This document shows, in pieces, positions 1 through 10,542 of a DNA stretch of 52,236 bases. The notes beneath the pieces were generated by a model, which saw nothing but the letters and a program-made list of their open reading frames with translations, did no database searches and was not told the DNA's origin. The translations under genes and the position numbers were made by a program. Within the stretch, counting starts at the first letter, position 1. The number at the start of each line of letters is the position of its first letter. The stretch is from Candidatus Dormiibacterota bacterium (GTDB lineage Bacteria > Chloroflexota > Dormibacteria > Aeolococcales > Aeolococcaceae), in assembly GCA_049279755.1 (NCBI GenBank), contig JBAPOS010000134.1:1-52236 (forward strand), written 5' to 3'.

Positions 1-609
1 GTAGGTGGGGCAGATCGCACCACACCCCGCGTGGGTTACCGGTCCGAGGCACGGAATGCCCTTGGATACCATCACACAGACCGTGCCGCGTCGTTTGCAC
101 TCCACACAGACGGAGTGTGATGCGATCTGAGGACGCCGCCCGCGGAGGAACGCGGTGATCACCTCGAGCAACTGGTGCTTGTCGATGGGGCACCCGTGAA
201 GCTCGAAGTCAACGTCGATGTGTGCCGAAGGTGGCGTCGAGTGCTCGAGGGTGCGGATGTACTCAGGATGCGCATAGACGGCGGAGGTGAACTCGCGGAC
301 GTCAGCGAAGTTCCGGAGCGCCTGGATCCCCCCGGCCGTGGCGCAGGCACCGATCGAAACGACACGGGCGCTGAGCCGCCGAACCTCGCGAATGCGCTCG
401 ATGTCATCGGCGGTCGTGATCGAACCCTCCACGATCGAGAGGTCATACGGTCCTGCGAGGACCGCGCGCGAAGCCTCGAGGAAGTAGGCAATCTCAACCT
501 GCCCGGCCACCGCCAGCAGCTCGTCCTCGCAGTCGAGGAGGGTGAGCTGGCAGCCATCGCACGATGAGAACTTCCAGACCGCAAGCGTCGGCTTCTTGAC
601 GGTGTTCAT
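1..609 (-). CDS. [NiFe]-hydrogenase small (delta) subunit, group-3b type; 3' end cut by window edge
   Basis: Absent from the ORF track because it runs off the window. Hand translation from ATG at 609 gives [32 protein letters not shown]...[11 protein letters not shown]...[12 protein letters not shown]...GCGAICPTY. This is the Cys pattern of NuoB/20-kDa-type hydrogenase small subunits. Its start overlaps the stop of the upstream gene (ATGA, 606-609). The frame stays open to position 1. Confidence 0.8.
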   Translation of the reverse strand, partial: MNTVKKPTLAVWKFSSCDGCQLTLLDCEDELLAVAGQVEIAYFLEASRAVLAGPYDLSIVEGSITTADDIERIREVRRLSARVVSIGACATAGGIQALRNFADVREFTSAVYAHPEYIRTLEHSTPPSAHIDVDFELHGCPIDKHQLLEVITAFLRGRRPQIASHSVCVECKRRGTVCVMVSKGIPCLGPVTHAGCGAICPTY

Positions 610-1415
610 CGCTGGTGCACCGCGAGCAGCGGTTCGACGCGGTCCCAGGTCAACACCGGGCCGTCGGCGCAGACGAACACCGATCCCAGCTGGCAGTGCC
701 CGCACTGCGCAATCGCGCACTGCATATTCCGCTCCATGGAAACACGGATTCCCGAGGGCGGCATACCGCGTTCCATCAGCGCGAGGGCGGTGAACCGCAT
801 CATCACTTCAGGGCCGCAGATCATGGCGATGCCTGCGGGATCACAGTGGATACGCGGAAGCACGTTCGTGACCACGCCGACGGTGCCCCGCCAGCCAGGC
901 GTCGCGCGGTCGACCGTGACATGCACGGAGAGGTCGTCGCGCGCTCGCCACGCGTCGACCTCCTCTTTGAATGCGAGTTCCTCGGGCGTGCGCGTGCCGA
1001 TCACCACCTCCACCTCGCCGAAGCGGTCTCGCTGCGAGATGACCTGAGTGATCACCGAGCGAAGCGGCGCCAGACCGATCCCGCCGGCGACGATCACCAG
1101 GTCACGCCCCGCCGCAGTGTCCAGTCCCCAATCGGACCCGAACGGACCGCGGAGGCCGAGGCTGTCACCGGGCTGCAGCTCGCACAGGGCGCGCGAGACC
1201 GCGCCGACGTTGCGCACCGTGTGGGCGATCGGTCCGTCCGCGACCGGGTTCGCGCTGATGGAGATCGCCACCTCACCGACGGCGTAGGCGTAGAGCATGT
1301 TGAACTGGCCGGCGGCGTAGCGCAGTCGGGAGCCGTTGGTCGCCTCGAGGAGGAGGGTCACCGCGTCCGAGGTCTCCTGGCGGCGCCCGACAACCAGATG
1401 GCTCACCGGCGTCAT
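606..1415 (-). CDS. Hydrogenase gamma-type subunit: FAD/NAD(P)-binding oxidoreductase with C-terminal Fe-S site
   Basis: ORF 606..1778 trimmed to ATG 1415 ([12 protein letters not shown]...), because the longer form would overlap the cNMP gene. Ferredoxin-reductase-like motifs are present ([22 protein letters not shown]), plus a C-terminal [12 protein letters not shown]...C cluster. The stop is coupled to the next gene. Confidence 0.8.
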   Translation of the reverse strand: MTPVSHLVVGRRQETSDAVTLLLEATNGSRLRYAAGQFNMLYAYAVGEVAISISANPVADGPIAHTVRNVGAVSRALCELQPGDSLGLRGPFGSDWGLDTAAGRDLVIVAGGIGLAPLRSVITQVISQRDRFGEVEVVIGTRTPEELAFKEEVDAWRARDDLSVHVTVDRATPGWRGTVGVVTNVLPRIHCDPAGIAMICGPEVMMRFTALALMERGMPPSGIRVSMERNMQCAIAQCGHCQLGSVFVCADGPVLTWDRVEPLLAVHQR

Positions 1416-1434
1416 CGGGCCGTGCGCCCGCGCG

Positions 1435-1902
1435 TCAGTGTGGAGTGGAAGCGCCATAGACATCCAGGAGGCGGATGCGAGCGGCGTGAAGCCGGTCGCC
1501 GAGGATCCCGGCGACGCGCTGCGCGAGATCGAAGCCGAGCTTGGGGTCGTCCGCACACTTGCCGCGGAGGCAGTGGGCGTCGAACACCACCGCATGGACC
1601 TCGTCGAGCGCGTCGGCGTCGAAATGCCAACGGTACGGAGGAAACAGCCATGCCCATCCGAGGACGTCGCCGGCATGGAGCGTGTCGAGGGTCTGCATGC
1701 CCCTCCCCGGCGCGGTGACTCCGAGCCCAACCCTCCCGGAGCGCAGCGCCCAGAACGCGTCGGCGTTCGCTCCTTCACGGATGATCGAGGCGCCCGCCGG
1801 GATCACGGTATTTCGAGCGCATCCGGTCAGCACCTCGAGATGGTCCGCTGCCATTCCGGCAAAGAACCGATGAGCTGTGAGTTCATCAGCGATCGTATTC
1901 AT
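1435..1902 (-). CDS. Cyclic-nucleotide-binding domain protein (stand-alone, 155 aa) inside the hydrogenase operon
   Basis: Translation shows a typical cNMP-binding beta-barrel signature (FFAGMAADHLEVL...IIREGANADAFWALRSGRV...GDVLGWAWL). Its ATG overlaps the stop of the upstream 4Fe-4S gene (tcat at 1899-1902 = ATGA on the minus strand). Confidence 0.8.
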   Translation of the reverse strand: MNTIADELTAHRFFAGMAADHLEVLTGCARNTVIPAGASIIREGANADAFWALRSGRVGLGVTAPGRGMQTLDTLHAGDVLGWAWLFPPYRWHFDADALDEVHAVVFDAHCLRGKCADDPKLGFDLAQRVAGILGDRLHAARIRLLDVYGASTPH

Positions 1903-3047
1903 GTCGCAGCCTCAGCACGAGCGCCGTCGTTTGATCGGATCGCCGCCGCCTCCTCGGTGATGTCGATGCCGACCGGACACCAGGCGATGCATCGACCGCA
2001 TCCCACGCAGCCCGAGGTCTCGAACTGATCCCACCACGTGCTCAGCTTGTGGGTCATCCATTGGCGGTAGCGGCTGCGCACGGTGGCTCGAACCGGTCCG
2101 CCGTGGATGTACGAGAAGTCGCGTGAGAAGCAGGATGCCCATTCCCGCAATCGCTCGCTCGTCGCGCCGTCCGGTGACTGCGCCTCGACATCATCGCTGC
2201 AGAAGCAGGTTGGGCAGGCGAGGGTGCAGTTACCGCAGCTCAAACAGCGCGCCGCCACATCGTCCCAGCGAGGGTGTTCCAGATTGCGCTGGAGCAACTC
2301 GGGCAGACCGTGGGTGTCCATCGTCCGGCCCATGCGTTGTGCGGATTCGTCGGTGACCGCCTCGGCCGCCTCGACGTCGTCTGCGGTCGCCGGATGCGTG
2401 GGTAACTCGTCCATCAACTCGAGCCCAGCCCGCGTTCCCGCCTCGATGACGTAGCGGGGCACCGACCTATCGAGAAGCTCGGTGATCGCCAGGTCGAAAC
2501 CCTCACGCACGCGAGGACCAGTCCCCATGGACGTGCAGAAGCAGACCTCCGACGGTGACCCGCAGTGCACCGCGATGACGAACAGATTCTGCCGCCGCGC
2601 GGTATACGTGGGGTCCGGGTGCGAGCTGGTGGCGAAGACCCGATCCTGGACAAGGACGGCCGCCAGCTCACACCCCCGAACACCAAGGAAGGCAAATCGA
2701 GGCGGGGGAGCCGCGGTCTCGTCGAAGACCAGTGCTCCGTGCTCGTCGCGCCGAGCTCGCCAGAGTGTCGTGGTTGGCGGGAAGAGGTATCGCTTCCACG
2801 AAGAGGGCGCCGTGGCAAATCCAAAATGGGCGCCGTCGTCACGGTCTCGCAGGCGATAGCGGCCGGGAGACTGCTCGTCGCCCACGCCGCGCGGCAGCTG
2901 CGAGGCACTCGTCACGGGTGCGTACTCGATCGCGCCGTTCTGGACCGTCGGGGCAATCACGGTGTAGCCCCGCTCGCGCAATCCGGCGATGAGGGCATCC
3001 AGGCCATCCTCATCGAGGACGCGAGCTGCTCCAGCGGACGCCGCCAT
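1899..3047 (-). CDS. Hydrogenase beta-type subunit: 4Fe-4S dicluster protein (AsrA / sulfhydrogenase beta-like)
   Basis: ORF 1899..3395 trimmed to ATG 3047 (MAASAGAARVLDEDGLDAL...), since the longer form overlaps the divergent por gene. CLSCGNCTLACPTCFC and CVGCGRCIAWCPVGI ferredoxin motifs are present. Confidence 0.75.
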   Translation of the reverse strand: MAASAGAARVLDEDGLDALIAGLRERGYTVIAPTVQNGAIEYAPVTSASQLPRGVGDEQSPGRYRLRDRDDGAHFGFATAPSSWKRYLFPPTTTLWRARRDEHGALVFDETAAPPPRFAFLGVRGCELAAVLVQDRVFATSSHPDPTYTARRQNLFVIAVHCGSPSEVCFCTSMGTGPRVREGFDLAITELLDRSVPRYVIEAGTRAGLELMDELPTHPATADDVEAAEAVTDESAQRMGRTMDTHGLPELLQRNLEHPRWDDVAARCLSCGNCTLACPTCFCSDDVEAQSPDGATSERLREWASCFSRDFSYIHGGPVRATVRSRYRQWMTHKLSTWWDQFETSGCVGCGRCIAWCPVGIDITEEAAAIRSNDGARAEAAT

Positions 3048-3155
3048 GGCGGCTATTCTGACCAGGTGCTGGTGTCCCGACGAGGGCACACCGTCATCAC
3101 CCGTCGAGGCCCTTTGGCCCTGGTCCCAGCAATGCGGGCTGGCTAGGCTGAACCC

Positions 3156-3749
3156 ATGCTCTTCCAGGTACGCATCCACGGCCGGGGCGGCCAGGGCGTG
3201 GTCACCGCAGCCGAGCTGCTCTCCGTCGCGGCCTTCCGCGAAGGCCGGCATGCCCAGGCCTTCCCCAGCTTCGGCTCGGAGCGGACCGGAGCGCCCGTGG
3301 TCGCGTTCTGCCGCATCTCTGACCACGAGATTCGCGCGCACGAGCCCGTCGCGAGCCCCGACGCGCTGATCATTCAGGACCCGACGCTGCTGCACCAGGT
3401 CGACCTCTTCCGCGGCCTGCCGGAAACCGGCTACCTGCTCATCAACTCCAGCCGCGGCTTCTCCGAACTGGGGTTCGGCGATCTCGCGGCGAAAGTGCGT
3501 CCTGAGCGCGCCGTGGCAGTGCCGGCGACCGAGATCGCCCGCGAGATGGTGGGGCGGCCAATCGCGAACGCGGTGCTGCTCGGCGGCTTCGCCGCCCTCA
3601 CCGAGGTGATCTCCCTAGCGTCGGTTGTTGCGGCCATCCGTGACCGTTTCTCGGGAGCCCTCGCCGAGGGCAACGTCGCCGGCGCCGAACGCGCCTACGA
3701 ACTCGTCCGACAGCAGATCACGGAGGTCGCCGGTGCTCACGCAGATTGA
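3156..3749 (+). CDS. 2-oxoacid:ferredoxin oxidoreductase gamma subunit
   Basis: MLFQVRIHGRGGQGVVTAAELL...FPSFGSERTGAPV is the characteristic POR/VOR/KOR gamma N-terminus. Substrate cannot be assigned from sequence. Confidence 0.85.
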   Translation: MLFQVRIHGRGGQGVVTAAELLSVAAFREGRHAQAFPSFGSERTGAPVVAFCRISDHEIRAHEPVASPDALIIQDPTLLHQVDLFRGLPETGYLLINSSRGFSELGFGDLAAKVRPERAVAVPATEIAREMVGRPIANAVLLGGFAALTEVISLASVVAAIRDRFSGALAEGNVAGAERAYELVRQQITEVAGAHAD

Positions 3750-4980
3750 GGGTTCGCGCGCGGTTGCCGAAGCAGTCGCCCTGTCGAGGCCCGAGGTGAT
3801 CTGCGCATATCCCATCTCGCCGCAGACGCACATCGTCGAGGCGCTCTCGACACTCGTCAAGAGCGGACGGCTGACTCCCTGTGAGTTCATCAACGTCGAG
3901 TCGGAGTTCGCCGCCATGTCCGTCGCCATCGGCGCCTCCGCGACGGGCGCACGTGCCTATACCGCGACGGCGAGCCAGGGCCTGCTCTTCATGATCGAGG
4001 CGATCTACAACGCGTCAGGGTTGGGATTGCCGATCGTCATGACCGTCGCCAACCGCGCCATCGGCGCACCGATCAACATCTGGAACGACCACTCGGACTC
4101 CATGTCGCAACGCGATTCCGGCTGGATCCAGCTCTACGCGGAGAGCAATCAGGAAGCGGTCGACATGCACATCCAGGCGTTCCGGCTCGCCGAGGAGCTC
4201 TCGGTCCCGGTCATGGTGTGCATGGACGGCTTCATCCTCACCCACGCTGTCGAGCAGGTGGATCTCCCCACTCAGGAACAGGTCGACGCGTTCCTCCCGC
4301 CATTCGAGCCTCGCCAGGTCCTCGACCCCGACGATCCGGTCTCGATCGGCGCCATGGTCGGGCCCGAGGCCTTCACGGAGGTGCGCTATCTCGCGCATGT
4401 CACCCAGATGCAGGCGCTCGATCTCATCCCCGAGATCAGCCGGACATTTGAGGGCGGCTTCGGGCGAGCCTCCGGAGGTTTGGTCCGGCCCTATCGGACC
4501 GACGACGCCGAGATCATCGTCGTGGCGCTCGGGTCGGTGCTCGGCACGATCAAGGACACCGTCGACGAGTTGCGTGATGAGGGCGAACGCGTCGGCGCAC
4601 TCGGTATCACGACGTTCCGGCCCTGGCCCAGTGAAGAGGTGCGTCGTGCGCTGCTCGGGGCACAACGCGTCGTCGTCATCGAGAAGGCGCTCGCAGTGGG
4701 CATCGGTGGGGTCGTTTCGCTGGACGTGCGAGTTGCGCTGTCGGGCCTCGATCAACACGTGCACACCGTGATCGCCGGCCTCGGTGGACGGCCGATCACA
4801 ACGACGTCGCTGCATCAGCTGCTGCGGCGTGCCGCGGAGCTCCCCGAGCTCACCTTCCTCGATCTCGACCGCGACCTGGTCGACCGGGAGCTAGCCCGCC
4901 GTGGCGCCAAGCGGAAGTCAGGCCCACATGCCGAGAATCTGCTGCGTGACCTCGGCGCCGTTGCCGCAGGCCCCGTCTGA
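3733..4980 (+). CDS. 2-oxoacid:ferredoxin oxidoreductase alpha subunit
   Basis: In frame with ORF 3625..4980. A GTG at 3733 overlaps the gamma stop. VLTQIEGSRAVAEAVALSRPEVICAYPISPQTHIVE is the conserved alpha N-terminus. Confidence 0.85.
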   Translation: MLTQIEGSRAVAEAVALSRPEVICAYPISPQTHIVEALSTLVKSGRLTPCEFINVESEFAAMSVAIGASATGARAYTATASQGLLFMIEAIYNASGLGLPIVMTVANRAIGAPINIWNDHSDSMSQRDSGWIQLYAESNQEAVDMHIQAFRLAEELSVPVMVCMDGFILTHAVEQVDLPTQEQVDAFLPPFEPRQVLDPDDPVSIGAMVGPEAFTEVRYLAHVTQMQALDLIPEISRTFEGGFGRASGGLVRPYRTDDAEIIVVALGSVLGTIKDTVDELRDEGERVGALGITTFRPWPSEEVRRALLGAQRVVVIEKALAVGIGGVVSLDVRVALSGLDQHVHTVIAGLGGRPITTTSLHQLLRRAAELPELTFLDLDRDLVDRELARRGAKRKSGPHAENLLRDLGAVAAGPV

Positions 4981-4991
4981 GGAGGCGGGAC

Positions 4992-6002
4992 ATGCCCTTT
5001 CAACCGATCAAGTTCTACCAGGCCGGCAGCTTCGTCGCCGGCAACCGCCTGCTCGAACCGGACCAGCGTTCGGTGCAGTCCGACGCTGACCGATCGAACA
5101 CCCTGACGTCGGGACATCGTGCGTGCCAGGGATGCGGCGAGGCCCTCGGGGCGCGGTACGCACTCGACGCCGCGATGCGCGCGACGAATCATCGTCTCAT
5201 CGCTGCCAACGCCACGGGGTGCCTCGAGGTGTTCTCCACGCCCTACCCCGAGTCGTCCTGGCAGCTGCCATGGATGCATTCGCTGTTTGGCAACGCTCCC
5301 GCGGTGGCCACCGGTATCGCCGCGGCGCTTCGTGTGAAGGGACGCCATGACGTTCGCGTCGTCGGTCAGGCAGGCGACGGCGGCACGGTGGACATCGGGC
5401 TCGGCTGCCTGTCCGGGATGTTCGAGCGCAACGACGATGTCCTCTTCATCTGCTACGACAACGAGGCATACATGAACACCGGCGTGCAGCGGTCCGGTGC
5501 GACACCGGCGGCCGCTCGCACGGCAACCACGGAGGCGGTCGGGCCGGAGCCGGGCAATCGCTTCGGCCAGGGGAAGAATGTGCCTCGGATCGCGATGGCG
5601 CACGAGATCCCCTATGTCGCTACGGCCACGGTCGCCGACCTCCGGGACATCGAGTACAAGGTCGAACGCGCCATGACGCTGCACGGCGCCCGCTATCTGC
5701 ACATCCTCGTCACCTGCCCACTCGGCTGGGGATGCGACTCCGCCGACACCATCCGGGTCGCTCGTCTGGCCACGCAGAGCGGTCTTTTCCCGGTGTTCGA
5801 GGCCGAGCACGGGGAGGTCACCGCGGTGACCAAGATCCGCCGGCAGGTGCCGGTGGAGGAGTACCTGAAGCTCCAGAAACGCTACGCACACCTCTTCGGG
5901 AAGTCGGCACGGCCCGACATCGTTGCGCGTCTGCAGGCGCAGGCCGACCACAACATCGCCCGATACGGCCTCCTCGAGGGTGAGCCGGTGGGAGCGCGCT
6001 GA
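4992..6002 (+). CDS. 2-oxoacid:ferredoxin oxidoreductase beta subunit (TPP-binding)
   Basis: CQGCGEAL, GDGGTVDIG...YDNEAYMNTGVQRS thiamine-diphosphate/Fe-S motifs. The stop overlaps the next gene start (ATGA-type junction at 6002). Confidence 0.85.
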   Translation: MPFQPIKFYQAGSFVAGNRLLEPDQRSVQSDADRSNTLTSGHRACQGCGEALGARYALDAAMRATNHRLIAANATGCLEVFSTPYPESSWQLPWMHSLFGNAPAVATGIAAALRVKGRHDVRVVGQAGDGGTVDIGLGCLSGMFERNDDVLFICYDNEAYMNTGVQRSGATPAAARTATTEAVGPEPGNRFGQGKNVPRIAMAHEIPYVATATVADLRDIEYKVERAMTLHGARYLHILVTCPLGWGCDSADTIRVARLATQSGLFPVFEAEHGEVTAVTKIRRQVPVEEYLKLQKRYAHLFGKSARPDIVARLQAQADHNIARYGLLEGEPVGAR

Positions 6003-7633
6003 TGGACAAGCCGTTCGCAATCACCTTGAACGTCGGCTCGAGCCTGGCTAACAAGACGGGCTCGTGGCGTACCGAGCGTGCGGTGTACGTGCACCGGCTC
6101 CCTCCCTGCGCCAATGCGTGCCCGGCCGGGGAGAACGTGCAGGAATGGCTGTATCAGGGCGAGGGACCGAACTACGAGGCGGCGTGGCGACAGATCATGG
6201 AGGACAACCCGCTGCCCGCGGTCATGGGGCGGGTGTGCTACCACCCGTGTGAGGCGGCCTGCAATCGCGCTGAGCTCGACCAGACCGTCGGGATCAATTC
6301 CGTCGAACGCTTTCTCGGGGATGAGGCGATAAAGCGGGGATGGACGGTTGGCGTGGAGGCTGCGCCGACCGGCAAGCGAGTCCTCGTCGTCGGCGCCGGC
6401 CCTTCGGGACTATCGGCGGCGTACCACCTGACCCGCCTCGGTCACTCGGTGACCGTGATCGACTCCGGCTCTGCCGCTGGCGGCATGATGCGTTTCGGGA
6501 TCCCCAAGTACCGGTTGCCTCGCGCTGTGCTCGACGCCGAGGTGCGGCGCATCCTCGATATGGGGGTCGACCTCCAGCTCAACCACAGGGTGAGCGATCT
6601 GCTCGCCACCATGCACGGTGGTGGCTTCGAAGCCGTCTTCCTCGCGGTCGGCGCGCACATTGGGAAACGGGCGTACATCCCCGCCGGTGACTCTGCCCAC
6701 ATCCTCGATGCAGTGTCGTTGCTGCGCAGCATGGAGGGAGAGCAAGCGCCCATGCTCGGCAGACGTGTGGTCGTCTACGGCGGCGGCAACACCGCAATGG
6801 ATGCGGCTCGCACCGCCAAGCGGCTCGGTGCCACGGACGCCCTGGTCGTCTACCGCCGAACGCGCGAGCGCATGCCGGCGCACGACTTCGAGGTCGAGGA
6901 GGCCCTCGACGAGGGCGTGACCATGAAATGGCTCTCGACCATCACCCAGGCCGACGGTGGCACGTTGCGGCTCGAGAAGATGGAGCTCGACGCGGCCGGG
7001 TTTCCACAGCCGACCGGGGAGTTCGAGAAGCTTGAAGCCGACTCTCTAGTGCTCGCGCTGGGTCAGGAGTCCGACCTGGCGCTGCTCGACGGCGTCCCCG
7101 GCATCGAGGTCGACGACCATGTCGTGCAGGTCGGCACCAACATGATGACCGGGTACGCCGGGATCTTCGCCGGCGGCGACATGGTGCCGGCGGAACGCAC
7201 GGTCACCGTCGGCATTGGCCACGGCAAGAAGGCGGCGCGGCACATCGACGCATGGCTCCGCGGTATCCAACACGCCCCGCCACCCAAACACGAGCTGGCG
7301 ACGTTCGACAAGCTCAATCCCTGGTACTACAGTGACGCACCAGCGACCGTCCGTCCGCAACTCGACGCGGCACGACGCCGCTCCACGTTCGACGAGGTGA
7401 TCGGCGGGCTCGATGAGTCCAATGCACTGTTCGAAGCACGCCGCTGCCTGTCCTGCGGCAACTGCTTCGCGTGCGACAACTGCTACGGCGTGTGTCCCGA
7501 CAATGCTGTGCTGAAGGTGGAACCGGGCGCGGCGTACGGCTACGCGATCGATCTCGACTACTGCAAAGGCTGTGGCATGTGCGTCGAGGAGTGTCCGTGC
7601 GGAGCGCTGGAGATGGTGCCCGAAACGGTTTGA
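6002..7633 (+). CDS. Fusion protein: PorD-like N-terminal arm + GltD/SudA-like FAD/NAD(P)H oxidoreductase + C-terminal 2x[4Fe-4S] ferredoxin domain
   Basis: The N-terminus GSSLANKTGSWRTERAVYV resembles the start of POR delta subunits. It is followed by GltD-type Fe-S Cys motifs (CANACPAGENV, VCYHPCEAACNR) and a Rossmann motif (VLVVGAGPSGLSAAY, GGGNTAMDAA). The C-terminus carries CLSCGNCFACDNCYGVCP and YCKGCGMCVEECPCGA. Confidence 0.75.
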   Translation: MDKPFAITLNVGSSLANKTGSWRTERAVYVHRLPPCANACPAGENVQEWLYQGEGPNYEAAWRQIMEDNPLPAVMGRVCYHPCEAACNRAELDQTVGINSVERFLGDEAIKRGWTVGVEAAPTGKRVLVVGAGPSGLSAAYHLTRLGHSVTVIDSGSAAGGMMRFGIPKYRLPRAVLDAEVRRILDMGVDLQLNHRVSDLLATMHGGGFEAVFLAVGAHIGKRAYIPAGDSAHILDAVSLLRSMEGEQAPMLGRRVVVYGGGNTAMDAARTAKRLGATDALVVYRRTRERMPAHDFEVEEALDEGVTMKWLSTITQADGGTLRLEKMELDAAGFPQPTGEFEKLEADSLVLALGQESDLALLDGVPGIEVDDHVVQVGTNMMTGYAGIFAGGDMVPAERTVTVGIGHGKKAARHIDAWLRGIQHAPPPKHELATFDKLNPWYYSDAPATVRPQLDAARRRSTFDEVIGGLDESNALFEARRCLSCGNCFACDNCYGVCPDNAVLKVEPGAAYGYAIDLDYCKGCGMCVEECPCGALEMVPETV

Positions 7634-7779
7634 CCAGGGTCGGGATGCAGCAATGTCCGAATACCTTCGAGACAGAGGCCCTTCGGCACTGGGCGCGCCG
7701 GCCGTAGATCGCCGACCATGATGGCATATGGAACAGCTTGGGTTTTCAGTGGCATGCATCACATGCCGCTGTGCATTAG

Positions 7780-9167
<1,388 letters not shown>

Positions 9168-9411
9168 GATGCACCTCCTGCGTCCCAGCGCATGTCCAGG
9201 TCAAGTCACGGTTCAACTCTTGCACCGAGATTCGTCCGCAACCAGGGCCGAAGGTCACATGGTCGTTGCCACGCCTTCAGGGCGGCGAAGTTATGGTTGC
9301 CCTTCAGGGACGTGCGACCATCCTGTGCCTGTGACCTGAGGGGAATACCGAGGTTCTCCAACCCTCGTCCCATCAGGCGCCCTGTCGAAGGTCCCGTCCA
9401 TATCGTGGCGA

Positions 9412-10416
9412 ATGACCCTGGCGAGCTGCTACGTCGCTTGGTGTGATGGTCACATGAACGAATATGCGACCGCTCCTACTGACATTGCGGTGAGCACTGC
9501 CGTCATGAATCGCCCTCGAAGCGATCCTTGGAAGAGCATCCTGGTGGCCACCGATGGATCTGCCGACGCCCATGCGGCGCTCCGTGCGGCTGCGGATCTC
9601 GCGTGCCGGTCCGGTGCGACTCTGACCCTCGTCACCGCATACGACCTTCCCGCATCCGCCCTCTACGCATTTCCCGCCCTCATGGGTGTCACGGACCGGT
9701 CGCCCTATGAGACGGCGGCGTTCACGCTGCTCGAAGCCGAGCGCTCCACGGCCGCGGCGCTTGGTGCCGTTGTCGACGAGGTGTACGCCGGCATGGGAGC
9801 GATCGACGAGGTGAGCCTCCGGGTGGCAGAACAGATCGACGCCGACCTCATCGTCGTGGGGAACCGCGAGCTCCGCGGGTTCAAACTGCTGGTAGGCGGG
9901 AGCACGTCCGCGGGAGTTGTGCACGGTGCCCACTGCCCGGTGCTGATCGTGCGCGGCGAGGAGCGATCCTGGCCGCCACACGGCGTCGTCGTCGGTTTCG
10001 ACCACTCGCCCGCATCCCGCCGAGCTGCGCAGGCTGCCATGGCGATCACGCAGCTGTATCCGGACACGGCCATGACGCTGATCCAGGTGCTCGCGGACAC
10101 TGCGGTCCATCCGAACGCGGTGCTTCGCACACCCGAGCGTGTTGACACCGAACACGCGAGCCTTGATCGGGAGGCAGCGGCGCTTGGTCGGCGCATCGGC
10201 CGTCCGGTCGGCACCGTCCTCGCCGTCGGCGATCCTGCCGACGTGCTGACCAAACGCAGCGACAACGCAACGACGCCCGACCTCGTCGTCGTCGGCACGC
10301 GCGGACTTGGCAGCGTTCGGCGCCTCGTGCTCGGGAGCGTTTCGACCAAAATCCTCCACTCCGGCCACAGCCCGCTGCTGGTGATGCCCGAGAACGGAAC
10401 GCCGGAATCCTCGTAG
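9412..10416 (+). CDS. Tandem universal stress protein (two UspA domains)
   Basis: SILVATDGSADAHAAL...LIVVGNRELRG...GSTSAGVVHGAHCPVLIVR, then a second copy ending LVVVGTRGLG...GSVSTKILHSGHSPLLVM. Start is uncertain (in-frame ATGs at 9412, 9454, 9505). Confidence 0.8.
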   Translation: MTLASCYVAWCDGHMNEYATAPTDIAVSTAVMNRPRSDPWKSILVATDGSADAHAALRAAADLACRSGATLTLVTAYDLPASALYAFPALMGVTDRSPYETAAFTLLEAERSTAAALGAVVDEVYAGMGAIDEVSLRVAEQIDADLIVVGNRELRGFKLLVGGSTSAGVVHGAHCPVLIVRGEERSWPPHGVVVGFDHSPASRRAAQAAMAITQLYPDTAMTLIQVLADTAVHPNAVLRTPERVDTEHASLDREAAALGRRIGRPVGTVLAVGDPADVLTKRSDNATTPDLVVVGTRGLGSVRRLVLGSVSTKILHSGHSPLLVMPENGTPESS

Positions 10417-10542
10417 CACCCTCGTTCGGGGAGCCTTGAGACGAAGGGCACATCAGCCGGTGACATTCGGCTCTGTTATCTGCCTTCTGGCAGTCCTAGC
10501 GTGGAGCCTAGATCGGCAACCCTGTGAACCGGAGGTGTGGCT

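Noticed and set aside
615-1718. Long plus-strand ORF (367 aa) antisense to the hydrogenase gamma gene. Similar shadow ORFs: 4015..4815(-), 4815..6020(-), 7046..7762(-), 9373..10419(-), 19929..21557(-), 21597..22664(-), 34135..35841(+), 38434..39387(-), 39401..40552(-), 44080..45150(-), 44835..46265(-)
   Set aside because: These translations are Arg/Pro/Gly/His-rich, carry no motifs, and lie opposite ORFs with clear family signatures. This is typical stop-codon-poor antisense or out-of-frame reading in high-GC DNA.
9168-9411. Canonical DosR boxes upstream of the USP, hemerythrin, hydrogenase and por genes (for example AGGGACGTGCGACC near 9306-9319)
   Set aside because: I saw only isolated GGGAC/GTCCC half-sites and no convincing 20-bp palindrome. 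A matrix scan would be needed, so no site is reported.
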